Below, piece by piece: positions 11,958 through 23,574 of a stretch of 64,000 bases of DNA. Within the stretch, counting starts at the first letter, position 1. Each line of letters opens with the position of its first letter. The position numbers and the translations under genes were made by a program. The notes beneath the pieces were generated by a model. That model searched no databases, was not told the DNA's origin, and saw nothing but the letters and a program-made list of their open reading frames with translations. The stretch covers positions 9,674,001 to 9,738,000 of the forward strand of contig NC_087250.1 of assembly GCF_037042905.1 (NCBI RefSeq). Direction: 5' to 3'. This DNA comes from Lytechinus pictus. Its lineage: Eukaryota.

Positions 11958-13091
11958 TTAAATGTCATAACTTTCTTAGGTTACATCATATTCCGATGAA
12001 ATTTGCAGTGTTATGCTCGATTTTTCTCTTTTTATCCAAATTTCCTCTATAAAACAACCCTATGGTTCAATTAAAAAAATTGTTATTTTTCAAGCAGCAA
12101 TGTTCTATATTTCAAATGTTATTGCTTGAAAAGTGTTTTAAACTCCACATTGAACTCTTAGAAACAACTTTATGTTCACATTTTATGCAAGGTTTTACAG
12201 ATATAAATATAAATTCATGTATTTTTTCTTACTTTAAGATCTCTGTGGTATTAAGGTGATTAAATTCAATAGGGGTCACTCGACGCTGCACAATTTTTAT
12301 AAACTGGCTCAGACATTTACTCTCCAAACATGTTTTGATAATTTCATTTTAAATTTGACAATAAAATCCCTATAGACCTTGGAAGTTCGACATCTTCATT
12401 AATATTTTAAAGCACCATTTACACGCACATCGTTACAAAGCATGTGTAAAACATGTTCAATAAATACTAAATAATAATGAATAACTATACATTTTAACTG
12501 TTTAGAGCGCATTCCAATGGCTGCTAAATGCGCCAAAGAAGAGTAAGCATAATTAACTGTAACATTGAAAAAATAGATAAAATAGTGCGTACAAAAAATT
12601 GTACAATTCGTAAGGAAAGTTTAGTAGGCTATTTAGTAGAGACTTTGAGACGTAAGACAAATGTTAATTCTGTTGTTTTTTATTATTTTTTTAAATGACT
12701 GAATGATCAATTTTTCATCTGAAATTCACATCTTACAAAAGTGTAATGACTTCTGTATATTTTTCTTCTATTCATATTTTGCTATCATCAGTTCGTCTAC
12801 TCACCACATTCACTACCACTACTCACCTACTTTCATTTAGTCCAATGCCATTCCGTCTATTAACCAGTTGGTCCAATAGCTATTTAGTCCATATACCATT
12901 TGGTCTAATTAAGTTAAAGTGTTAATCGTGCAAAATGAATGAAAAGTGAATGGGTATTAGACCAACTAGTTATTAGACGAAATGGAAATAGAGGAAATGG
13001 TGATTCGACGAAGTGATAATCGGACCAATTGATGATTGGACCAAATGGTTGTTAGACGAAATTTTGATGGACGGAATGGCATTAGACTAAA

Positions 13092-14230
13092 TTGATTTTT
13101 GATTTGATTTATTGTTTCACATTCCACAAAAACATACATCTTGAACATAATTATGAAAACATGAAAAAAAATACATAGTTGTAGTATTTTACAAGGAAAT
13201 ACAATTACGTGAAATATGAGGAACCTATTATAAAACAAAGCTTGTAGACACATAGGTTCCCAGAAGAAAATAATCAAGGATTAAAAACTCCTAACGCAAT
13301 GAAGCAAGATAAATCAAATGAAAAATTATCAATACATTATAAAGAGTTCTACATGATAGTCACTCGAGCAAGGCGCTTATCCACTAGCGTACGATTGTAA
13401 AATAAATATTTTCAGCCTACATTTAAAATAATATAAAGAGGGCGCCTGAATTATATGGGTGTCTAAATTATTCCAAAAGGAAGGCCCTGTAAAAGCATAT
13501 GATTTAAGGGCAAGAACAGTGCGCACTGGGGAAATGTGAAAATCGTGTACTTGTCGAGTTGGGTAGGAATAGATTTCTTGATTTTGAACAAGCAATTCAG
13601 AGAATACACTCGGCAATTCCTGTTTATTTAGTTGATACATAAATATACCAACAAAATACTAATTTAAATCGGTTACTTTCAACAACTTGTTTGAATAAAA
13701 TAGCGGATTAGTATGAGCCAGAAAGTCAGAAGAAGAAACTATCCTCACGGCTCTTTTTTGAATTTTAAGTATGGATTCAAGTTTTGTCTTAGAGGCACTT
13801 CCCCAGGCTAAAATTCCATTATTCAGATATGGCAACAATAAAGTAGAATACAATAATTTCAAAATGTGAAGCGGAAAATGCGGTTTAAGTTTAGTACTGA
13901 CTCCAACATTTCTTGAGAGCAATTTACAAAGGTAAACAATGTGCACTTTCCCTGATAATTTACAATCAATAAAGATACCAAGAAATTTTGTTGATTCACT
14001 TTGTTCTAAAACATTACCATTCATATAAACAAGACCTGGCAATGTGTGTAATGAGTTGCTAAAAACCATATAATGTGTCTTTTTAAAATTGAGGGATAAT
14101 TTATTAGCTTGTATCCAATCACACACAAACCATAATTCGACATTTAGTCTTTCAAGAAGGATTTGAGGATTGCTGTGTTTAAAAATAAGCTCGTGTCATC
14201 TGTGAAAAGAAGGAATGATAATAAAGAGGA
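13092..14230 (-). mobile_element. Degenerate CR1-group LINE 3' fragment
   Basis: LFTDDT, WIQANKLSLN, KFLGIFID, QKRAVR and FWNNL motifs across ORFs 13659-14126 and 13377-13640, with frameshifts. (AAATC)-like tail at ~13092-13112. Confidence 0.88.
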
Positions 14231-14605
14231 AGGTAGACCATGTGGAGAGTGGACGAGTTGGCAGGGGATGCATTGGCAATTTACCATTTAGGGTAAATCT
14301 ATGCAATGCACGGTAAGATGAAATAAAATTACAATGGATAGCTCCCTCAAGGTGCCGTGATCGAACTAAGAACCTTCATGTGTCTAAAATATGGCTTGGA
14401 CCACTGGGCAACGGCACACACACACTATCGCACTTCCATCCACACACGCACATGTGTACACATGTAGCCTTAATCCTCTCGTGCACACAAATTTACAAAG
14501 GGACGCCACTCCCTCTTACACACGCATTCAGATTTCCACTACCTATATAACAACACACCCACAAACACCCTCGCACCTTTTCCTGATACACACTGATAAG
14601 CGTAC

Positions 14606-14701
14606 GCTTTCGTTGCGACAAAGATAAGTTGGATTAGATACTGCTAATTTTTGTTTATAACTATCATCCCAATCATCGTTTGTCGCCTTGTTAACGGACA
14701 T
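14606..14701 (-). CDS. 4TM (MS4A/CD20-like) gene, probable first coding exon: MSVNKATNDDWDDSYKQKLAVSNPTYLCRNES
   Basis: ATG at 14701, preceded by a pyrimidine-rich tatag/tag acceptor (~14724-14728). Phase-0 donor AGC|gtacgc. Joins in frame to the 8729 exon. The donor is weaker than the others. Confidence 0.55.
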
Positions 14702-15695
14702 AAACAGATCAATGTTAACAAAACTACTATAGAATAGATAAATGTTCCGAAATAAAAGACAATCACAAAATGAAAAGGGGAAAACCAGATATTGCCCCAC
14801 TGGAAAGGCTGCCAGCCATTGTTCCCTTTGCCTAAAGGCGCAGACGCCTGTAACGTTTCATAAAGCTGTAATACCTGACTTTACGCACAAATGCTTATCC
14901 ATTTGTGGGCTTAAAGGGGTTGATTCAGGCTTAAAATGATAACATAACCCCCCCCCCTCCCCCAAATAATAATAATGATAATAATAATAATAATTTTGAT
15001 AAGGGAAAAAAAAACTAACAGTTTCGCCAAAATCGGACACGGAATAAAATTTAATTACCTATGACATTTTAAGGTTTTGCTCTGATTTAGCTGGAACAGT
15101 TCTATGTATTTTCATAAATATGCAATGGGCAAGCTTGTGATGTCATATCCCGACTTACTATTCTGAATTTTGCCATGTGAAGTAGTATTATTCATGTGTG
15201 TTTTCTCCAGAAAAAAATGAAACAAAATGAGTTGACCACTGATTTAATGTGAAGGATAAGAATTGCTTCAACGTGTCTTGTTACAAGAAATATCACTCAT
15301 GCGTGTCCGAATCCATAAAATAAAAAGATTTCATATGAAAAGGTAGGAAAGAAAAAAGAAATTGCGGATGGCATGTACCAATTGAATAGCCATATTCAAG
15401 ACAGAGTGCAGAGCCATGCATATAAATGTTTTCACAAAATATTGCTCAACTTTGAAATTTACTTCCTTCATTAATTGTTCTCAGATTTTGATAAAATTGT
15501 CAGCGTCTTTCCTCAGTGAATTGTACTTTTATCTGTTTAGATACGATTGTTTTCAATCGTTTGATGGCTTATCCATAGCTGATTAGCGCAAAAAAAAAAT
15601 GTTTGTGGTATAGAGTAGTTTTGAATAAAAATCTAATCCACAAGCATAGAATCAATCAAAGATATTGGAGGAAAAAATAATTATAATACACTCAC

Positions 15696-15750
15696 TGAAG
15701 AATCCACAGTGACAACACCTATTCAAGCTTTCTCAGAATGGCCGATTCCC
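15696..15750 (-). other. Possible 5'-UTR exon of the 4TM gene
   Basis: Consensus donor TCA|gtgagt at 15695. Stops in all frames, so non-coding. The 5' boundary is unknown. Confidence 0.3.
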
Positions 15751-15956
15751 TTTATCATTATTATTAATATTATTATTATTATTATTATTATCATTATTGT
15801 TGTTGTTGTTGTTAGTATTTTCATTATTATTTAGTAGTATTGATATAATTATTAGTATTGTTATCATTATCCTCCTCCTCATCATTTTTATTTTTGTAAG
15901 AGAACGTTGTAGCCAAAATATCCCTGTAGAATATAGTTTGGTTCTTGTAAATAACA

Positions 15957-16238
15957 CGCATACATTCGTAATTCCGAAGCTTCGTTATTCCGAAGGTTCG
16001 TTAGTCCGAAACTAAATGATTAACGAACCTTATTTTGTTTTCGGACTAACGAACCTTCGGAACATCGAACCTTATTTCGTTTTCGGATTATCGAACCTTC
16101 GGAATAACGAAACTTCGGAAAAACGCCACAAATGTTCGGATTAACGAACCCTTTTACGTTTTCGGATTAACGAACATCGAGGTATAGGCAATTTACGTGT
16201 TTCGGAATTACGAACCTTCGGAATTACGAAGTGTAACC
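15957..16238 (-). mobile_element. Shorter inverted copy of the 5951 element
   Basis: Same termini. TSD AAATAACA/AATTAACA. Confidence 0.88.
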
Positions 16239-18268
16239 AATTAACAGACCGACTGCTCTTAGATCAGGGCCCCGTCTTACGAAGAGTTTAGATTGATCTG
16301 ATCAATCTCAGGTATATGGAAATCCATCAATGTCATATTTCTTCAAAAATTCGCTCAATGTCCTTTGAAAACAAATTGTCAAAGAGCCCAGTGAATGTAT
16401 GTGCATACGTCATTTCTACAAAACATTTTAAACAAACATGTAATTTAGATATTGCCATTGCTGGCTTTCCATATTTGCGATCGATCGGATCAATCACACA
16501 TTTTTGATAGACGGAACGAAGGTGAATGTCTACCCTCATCGTCTGGAGTTACAGTGTACTTAATAATGTGTGTATGTTTCACCAAAATGTGCTATAAAAG
16601 CCCCGCATTAACTCTATGCAAAGGGGGCTTGCTGGCAAAATAATTAATTTGGTTCCATATTCTCATAATATTGAAGCAAGTGCTTAATTACGCAATGATA
16701 CATATGACATCAAACTAATGTAAATGCATATTATGAGTTTCAGAAAATCTCGTAAATCTATTCACAAACATGATACAAACTTTGTAAGATATACAACTCA
16801 AGATCATTTTCCAAAAGAAATATTTACGATTAGAATATTTCAACCATATTATTCTCACTCTCCCAAATGAAAACAAAACCCGGCATTTTTTACCAAAAAA
16901 ATATAGATATAGTTTAGATATGCTAGAAAGCTCTTGTTGATTTAGATTTGATTTATTTGAATAATCTATAGCAAAAAATTGAACTCAACGATGACCCAAA
17001 TATGTATTGTTATAGCTAGTTTAAATGAATAATAATTGTGACTTTAAGAAGCAATTGTATTTAATTTTAAGTGATTTGTGTATGTCCTCATGCTGGTCTT
17101 GAAATCAATTACTCTCAGCCAGACTCGAAATGAAAACAAAGCAAACGTTTAGTTGCAGTATTCCGTGATATATTCTAAGGGTGAAACACACCATGAAATT
17201 TACAAACCGATTATCCATACAATTATAATTGATAATTGTTCACTGCCAAATATTTGTAAAAACATCGCAATTCGAAATAATCAATTTACAGTGTTCAGAA
17301 AGGATTGTAACATATATATAAAAGGCGTAGAAATGGATAAAACTTCAATAGGCCGCTTCCTGAGAACAACAAGGGGAGCCCGGGCTTTAAATCTCAAAAG
17401 TACATACACTTGATAGAACTTCCCCTACCAAGGCGGGGAAAACCTGTCCAGGGTCCCGATTAGCAACACGAGGACAAGACTATATTATCTCGCATACAAT
17501 TATCTCGCATACAAACGTCACCTACTGGCTGGCTCACTGACTTTGTCAAATTCGAGCAGGCTGGCAAATCACAACCCAGTATTCATACCACCGATATAAT
17601 AATGGGTGTGACGTAATTATGAAAAGTGGGCAGCTCTCCGATAAACCAATCGCTGATCGGCCATATGGTTTTCGTCAACGAGAAAGCCACAAATGTTGAG
17701 GATATAAATCCACAGGTGAAAGGAAACTCACTGAGGTTCGAGCCATTATCCATATCATAATTTTTTCGGTATGGCCTAAATAGAGATCTCTCTTGGCTAG
17801 ACAAAATTATTTCTTTTTAAATGATTTCAGGAATATTTAATGAGTTAATCAGCAATAATCATCTTACTAGGCTATCAATTTACTTTTAGGTACAATTATT
17901 CTTCCTTGTCTAGCACACATTTAACTCTCCTCCAAACATGTTGACACTTGATTTCAAGATAAAGTAATATTAGAGTTCATTGTCACCTCATTTTATCCTG
18001 AATGAGTCTTATAAGAGGCCTTTATCGATTACCTTATTCTTTTAATGCATATTCATGAGTCCAGGACGAAGCTGCAGTTTTGATACACCAATTTTCGACA
18101 GAGACTTTATAGGTTGATCTTTGTCACGAATGGGATTCGATAATACATGTTCTATTTTCTTGAAAGACTGAGTTCTTCGTCGCAGCGCAACAACTTGATA
18201 AAGAGATAGGGGTATTGTTGATGAGATATTGAGTATCGTCTGGGGTGGTTTTCCGTCATGCAAAAGAT

Positions 18269-18545
18269 GTGGAGCGTCGTGGCCCAGTGGATTAGTCTCC
18301 GGACTTTGAAACAGAGGGTCGTGGGTTTTAATCCCAGCCATTGCTTAATTTCCTTCAGCAAGGAATTTATCCACAGTGTGCTGCACTCGACCAAGGTGGG
18401 GTTAATGGGTACCGGCAGGAAGTAATTCCTCAGAAAGCTGTGTGCACCTGCTTAGCCGGGTAATAATGGTAGCAGGGCCCGCTGGGAGAACAGTTTTCGG
18501 AACTGAAGTGGTTACCCTGGGTAAATATACCATTAGTATTATTAT
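18269..18545 (+). mobile_element. tRNA-derived SINE, host of the PLE/LINE nest
   Basis: A box TGGCCCAGTGG, degenerate B box, core CACTCGACC.AGGTG...AATGGGTACC, (ATT)n tail. Confidence 0.85.
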
Positions 18546-18553
18546 AAGTGGAT

Positions 18554-18660
18554 GTCATGTGACCTATCTAGCCAATCAGAGACATGTACCCTGCGAGATA
18601 CCGTGCATACGGCATTTCGACAGAGTATATAAGGCCTGTTTTTACAAACCTTTGCTCATT
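18554..18660 (+). promoter_or_regulatory. Pol II core-promoter-like arrangement
   Basis: E-box GTCATGTGAC (18554-63), CCAAT (18572-76), TATATAAG (18626-33), and Inr-like TCATT with A at 18658, 32 bp after the TATA. Confidence 0.5.
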
Positions 18661-18701
18661 CTCCTGAGGACGACAAGAACACACTTGTCGAAACGTCGAG
18701 A
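18660..18701 (+). ncRNA. Minimal type-I hammerhead ribozyme motif
   Basis: TCTC-CTGAGGA-C-GACAAG-aacaca-CTTGTC-GAAA-CG-TC-GAGA. It has stem I (TCTC/GAGA), the CUGANGA core, a 6-bp stem II, GAAA, a vestigial stem III and a GUC cleavage triplet. Confidence 0.8.
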
Positions 18702-18743
18702 TTGGGTGGTCCTTTTCAGGACCAACATATGCCCAAGAAAGAT

Positions 18744-20253
18744 TTCAGAACTCATGTCCTATCTAAGCAGAAGATCGCTATTATGCTCGAGCCAGTTTGG
18801 TTTCAGACCAAACCACTCGTGTGAAACGGCTCTTCTTTGTATGATAGATGAATGGTCTCGTAACGTCGACAATAGGAAAATGAATGGACTTATCTTCCTC
18901 GATTTACGTCGAGCATTCGACACTGTGAACCATGAGCTCCTTTTAGATAAATTAGCAATGTATGGTTGTAGTGCAAGTAGTCTTAAATGGTTTCACTCGT
19001 ATCTTGCTCATCGCAAACAGTATGTTTCTGTAGAAAATAACAAGTCGACAATTAAAGATGTTAATATAGGTCTTCCCCAAGGGTCGGTACTTGGCCCACT
19101 AATGTTTGTTTTATTTATAAATGACCTACCAAAGAGTATTCCAAATGGATCTGTGTTCATGTATGCCGATGATACGACCATTTCTGTATCAGGTACATCT
19201 AAACATGACATTGAAACACAGCTTAATGAAGTAATGAAGCAAACACATGAATGGTTAATTCGAAACAAGCTTATTCTCAATGTCGATAAGACTAAGACAA
19301 TGCTACTTGGTTCACGTCAAAAAGTTTGCACATTACAAGATAAAAACTTAGATATTATTATAGACGGAAAATCCATAGCATGTGTAAATGAATATAAATG
19401 TCTTGGGGTCATTATTGTCTCATATCTAGACTTTAGAAGTCATACAAACAAAGTTGCAAAAGATGTTAAGCAAAAGTTGGGTATTTTGAGAAGACTGAGA
19501 TCTACCTTCTCCGCTGAACAATTGTCACAGATTTACTGGGGGTATATAATGCCCCATATTCTCTATTGTTGTAATGTGTGGACAGGGAGAAGTGATGTAA
19601 ATTACGATATCCTTAATCGCCTACATAAAAGGGCAGCATACTTAATTTCACACTTAACTTGGGAAACCCCGTCCAATGAAGTATTTGATAAATTATCTTG
19701 GCCAACATTGGACAAACTCTTTTGGAAATCTGCCTGCTGCACAATGTTTAAAATAATTCATGAACTTGCCCCACCTATACTTTCACGTAGAATTGTACTT
19801 CTAGACACCGTACTAATGAGGAACTCTAGACGATCAAACAAACTGATTTTGAGACTCCCAAAATGCTCCACCTCTTTCTATCAAAATTATTTCCTTTATT
19901 CAGGTGCCACAAAGTGGAACAACCTTCCGGACGCTACGCGACTAGAAAAGCGGCCAGCTTCCTTTAAATTACTCCTAAAATGATATCATGCAATCACAGA
20001 TAAGAATATGACATCACTTCTCATACTTACAGCCCATGCTACATGTATTATGTTTTATTAGAAATGCATGATCACTTCCTCAATTTGGTTTTTATCCTAT
20101 GCTATCTTATGCTGTTCATAAGAATATGCTTGACTGGTCAAATATTACATAATTTTCTTTGCTCCTGAACTCCCTTTCGCTCTCTCCCTCTCTCACATTT
20201 TTCTTCCCTCTCTCTCTCCACTTCTCTGCCTCTCTCTCTGTTTGCCTCTGCCA

Positions 20254-20294
<41 letters not shown>

Positions 20295-20549
20295 TTCTCC
20301 CTGTCTTACCATGTCCTTTTACTTTCTCATTCTGAATCTTATTTTGATGTGTATATATGTCTTCTTTACTTATGTTTTCTTTATGTTATGAATTATATGT
20401 TTTGGTATTAATGCAGAGCCCTGTGGAAGACCAGCGATTTTTAATGAACGTTTTAATTGTATATATTGTGTAATTTTACATATTTATTTGTATAAAGCTG
20501 AACAGGCTACTCTGGATAAAGATTTGAAATAAATAAATAAAATAAATAA
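18744..20549 (+). mobile_element. 5'-truncated CR1-group LINE with uninterrupted RT ORF (to 19983), 3' UTR and (TAAA)n tail
   Basis: QFGFR, FLDLRRAFDTVNH, GLPQGSVLGP, YADDT and WNNLP motifs. No endonuclease domain. AAAGAT flanks both ends (18738-43, 20550-55). Confidence 0.92.
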
Positions 20550-21773
20550 AAAGATACATGGTGTACCGTGAAACCTACTACACTATTCTTCTTCGCCATG
20601 GAAACCTTCAGAAGTTATATTATTATTATCATTATACAGATCGAGCTTGTCTTGGTGTATACATATTGTAATCCTACCGAGTCTGGCCCGAATGCCTCTG
20701 GAAAGCAGACGGCAAAAAAAAAAAACCAAGCATTTTATTTCAGAGACTCAAGGATGTAGGGAAGGGCAAGGGCAATATCACAGAATATTAACACAGTGAC
20801 TAAACAAAATCAATTCAATTCTTTATTCCATTTCCATAAATCAGATACAATTTTAGAGATGAGCATCCTTACTTCGTAAACAAAAAAAATCACAATGTCT
20901 TCCCTTTGAAGTAAATAGAAACAATAATTTTGTAACTAATCATTTATATTGGGATTTATTCATTGTTTAGTCCATACCGGGGCTCCGTAACACAAAGGTT
21001 TGCACTCAATCGCTAAATACCAATGACCAATCAAGATATTCGTTGCACGCGCACTCTGTTTAAAGGACAAGTCCACCCCGACAAAAAGTTGATTTGAATA
21101 TAAAGAGAAAAATCCAACAATCATAACATTGAAAATTTCATCAAAATCGGATGTAAAATAAGAAAGTTATGACATTTTAAAGTTTCGCTTAATTTCACAC
21201 AACAGTTATATGCACATCCTGGCCAGTATGCAAATGAGGGGACTGATGACATCACGCACTCACTATTTCTTTTGTATTTTATCATCTGAAATATGAAATA
21301 TTCTGATTTTCTCACCCATGCCATTTGAAATCGAGCTTCATTCCTCCCTGAACTTGTGGAATTAACATTGTTTAACATTATGTAGTTCAGTCAAGTTTTA
21401 CATTATTGTCAGTTCTGTATAAATTGAAATATTTTATAATTCAAACAATAAAAAAAAATAGTGAGTGATGGACATCATAGACTCTCGCATTGCATATCAC
21501 TGAGTTGTGCATACAACTGTTTTGAGAAAAATATGCGAAACTTTAAAATGTCATAACTTTCTTATTTTACATCCGATTTTAATTGAAGTTTTCAGTGATG
21601 TGCTTGCGGGGACCTGGGAACGATTTTTTCAGTGGGGGTGCTGAAATCTCTCCTCAAAGGTGGGGGGAGGGGACACAATTGAGTTTTCCATAATTACACA
21701 CACATACACCTCTAAGGGCACCACATACACACCCACCAACCTACGCACACACACACACACCCACACACACACT

Positions 21774-21809
<36 letters not shown>

Positions 21810-22119
21810 CATATATATATATGAGTCACTTCTTAGCTTTCTTCCTATAAAAGAACATAGATATACTGTATAATTAGATAACTCGATAACTGAAGCGCGA
21901 ACTATTTTTTTTTTTTTGGGGGGGGGGAAATTTCATGTATTTTGTCCTGAAAATTGAACATTTTTAGCAATGTTTGTGGTCCTGAACAAGATGCGTATGT
22001 AACAAATAATAACTGCGAACGCGATCAGATATCTTTTTTACATACGCTCTGGTCTGATCGAAAGTGAACTGTTATAAGGACTGTTTGCAGTAACCCATTA
22101 AGACGATACCCATATCAAC

Positions 22120-22830
22120 AATCAAATAATGCGAGCGCGAAGCGCGAGCTGAAAAAAAATGACATTACGACCTAAATACTGGACATTCTAAGCACTTTTC
22201 TAATCATGAACATGATAGGTATATAACTATACAATTGATGCGAGCGGAAATAAAAATGAGATTTCAGACCTAAAAACAAGACATCTTAAGCACTTTTCTA
22301 ATCATGAACAGGATAGGTATATAACTATACAATTGATGCGAGCGGGAAGCGCGAGCGGAAATAAAAATGAGATTTTAGACCTAAAAACAGGACATCCTAA
22401 GCACTTTTCTAATCATGAACAGGATAGGTATATAACAATACAATTGATGCGAGCGCGAAGAGCGACCGGAAACAAAATTGAGATTTCATACCAAAAACGA
22501 GACATTCTAAGCACTTTTCTAATAAATTAGAGGATATGTATATAACTATACAATTGATGCGAGCGCGAAGCGCGAGCGGAAATAAAAATGAGATTCAGAC
22601 CTAAAAACGGGACATCTTAAACACTTTTCTAATCATGAACAGGATTGTTATATAACTATATAATTGATGCGAGCGCCAAGCGCGAGCAGAAACAAAATTC
22701 ATATTTCAGACCTATAATCGAGACATTGTATTCATGTTTTGTAAATCAAGAAAATGATGGGAAATTTGATATATTCTTACATTAATAATGTGAGCGCGAA
22801 GCGCGAGCAGAAAATTTTGGATATTCTGAT
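22120..22830 (+). repeat. ~110-bp tandem repeat with a GCGAGCGCGAAGCGCGAGC core
   Basis: CAATTGATGCGAGC recurs at ~22232, 22330, 22441, 22551 and 22661. Confidence 0.85.
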
Positions 22831-23253
22831 CTGAAACTCCACACTGAATGTAATATGGTTTGAACAGTTAAAGAAAAATCAGACGAACATAAGAATAAAG
22901 ATTTGATCAAAATCCGACGAGGAATATCAAAGTTATTGCATTTTAAAGATTAGTATTATTCCGGTGACAGCTTTAAGCATGTATTCATGAATATTCAATG
23001 AGCAAACTGATGATGTCATATCACCACTTTTTCTTTTGTATTTCATAATATAAAATTAGATTTATTTAATATTTTCCCTTCAAGAACCAAAAACAGTTGA
23101 ATTGACAACTGATTTAGTCTATTGTATATTCTTTGCTGCAACTTATTTCATTAAGGGAGACATATCATTAACACTGGTATGAAAAAATGAAAAATTTGAT
23201 TCCATGTAATAACACAAGAAACAGGATAGTGAGGATGTGACATCTTCAACCCA

Positions 23254-23574
23254 CATGGGCGGAAATCAGAGAGCTCGGGACAGGGAGACATGTCCCCCCA
23301 CCAAAATAGAAGGGGGACACAATATCAAATGTCCCCCCTACTAGTTTTGGTCCTTCATGGAGAAAAATACATCATTTCACAATCGAAATAATACCTTTTG
23401 GACTATTAAATGACCTTACATTTTGGGTGAAAACCTTTTTTTTTGGGGGGAGGGGGGCTTGTCAAATTTTGTTAGGGTTAAAATGACCTTACGTTTTGGG
23501 TGATCACTTTTTTTTGCTCGTCAAATTTTCCAGTCCCTGGTCCCCCTACCTTTGGGGACAGATTTCCGCCCATG
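23254..23574. mobile_element. hAT-like MITE nested in a family-C-like element
   Basis: TIR CATGGGCGGAAATC. TSD TCAACCCA/TCAACCCG. Confidence 0.85.

Larger units (their letters stand above)
18546..20618 (+). mobile_element. Penelope-like pseudo-LTR/retrozyme-like remnant (~260 bp: 18546-18743 plus 20556-20618), interrupted by a LINE
   Basis: Absent from duplicate copy 2, where the SINE (ATT)n tail is continuous at ~45415-45432. Carries a hammerhead and promoter motifs and is inserted in an (ATT)n run. Family assignment is inferred. Confidence 0.65.

Noticed and set aside
15733..16015. Asn-rich and Ile/Leu-rich ORFs
   Set aside because: Translation of (ATT)n/(GTT)n microsatellite.
17153..18260. 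ORFs conserved between the duplicates (e.g. 17153-17413 / 44016-44339, 17583-17804)
   Set aside because: Similarity is explained by the duplication. Frames break differently in the two copies and I recognise no domain.
18442..19983. 513-aa ORF as a single gene
   Set aside because: The first ~100 codons are read-through of a SINE tail and the hammerhead element (non-ATG start). Only 18744 onward is LINE RT.
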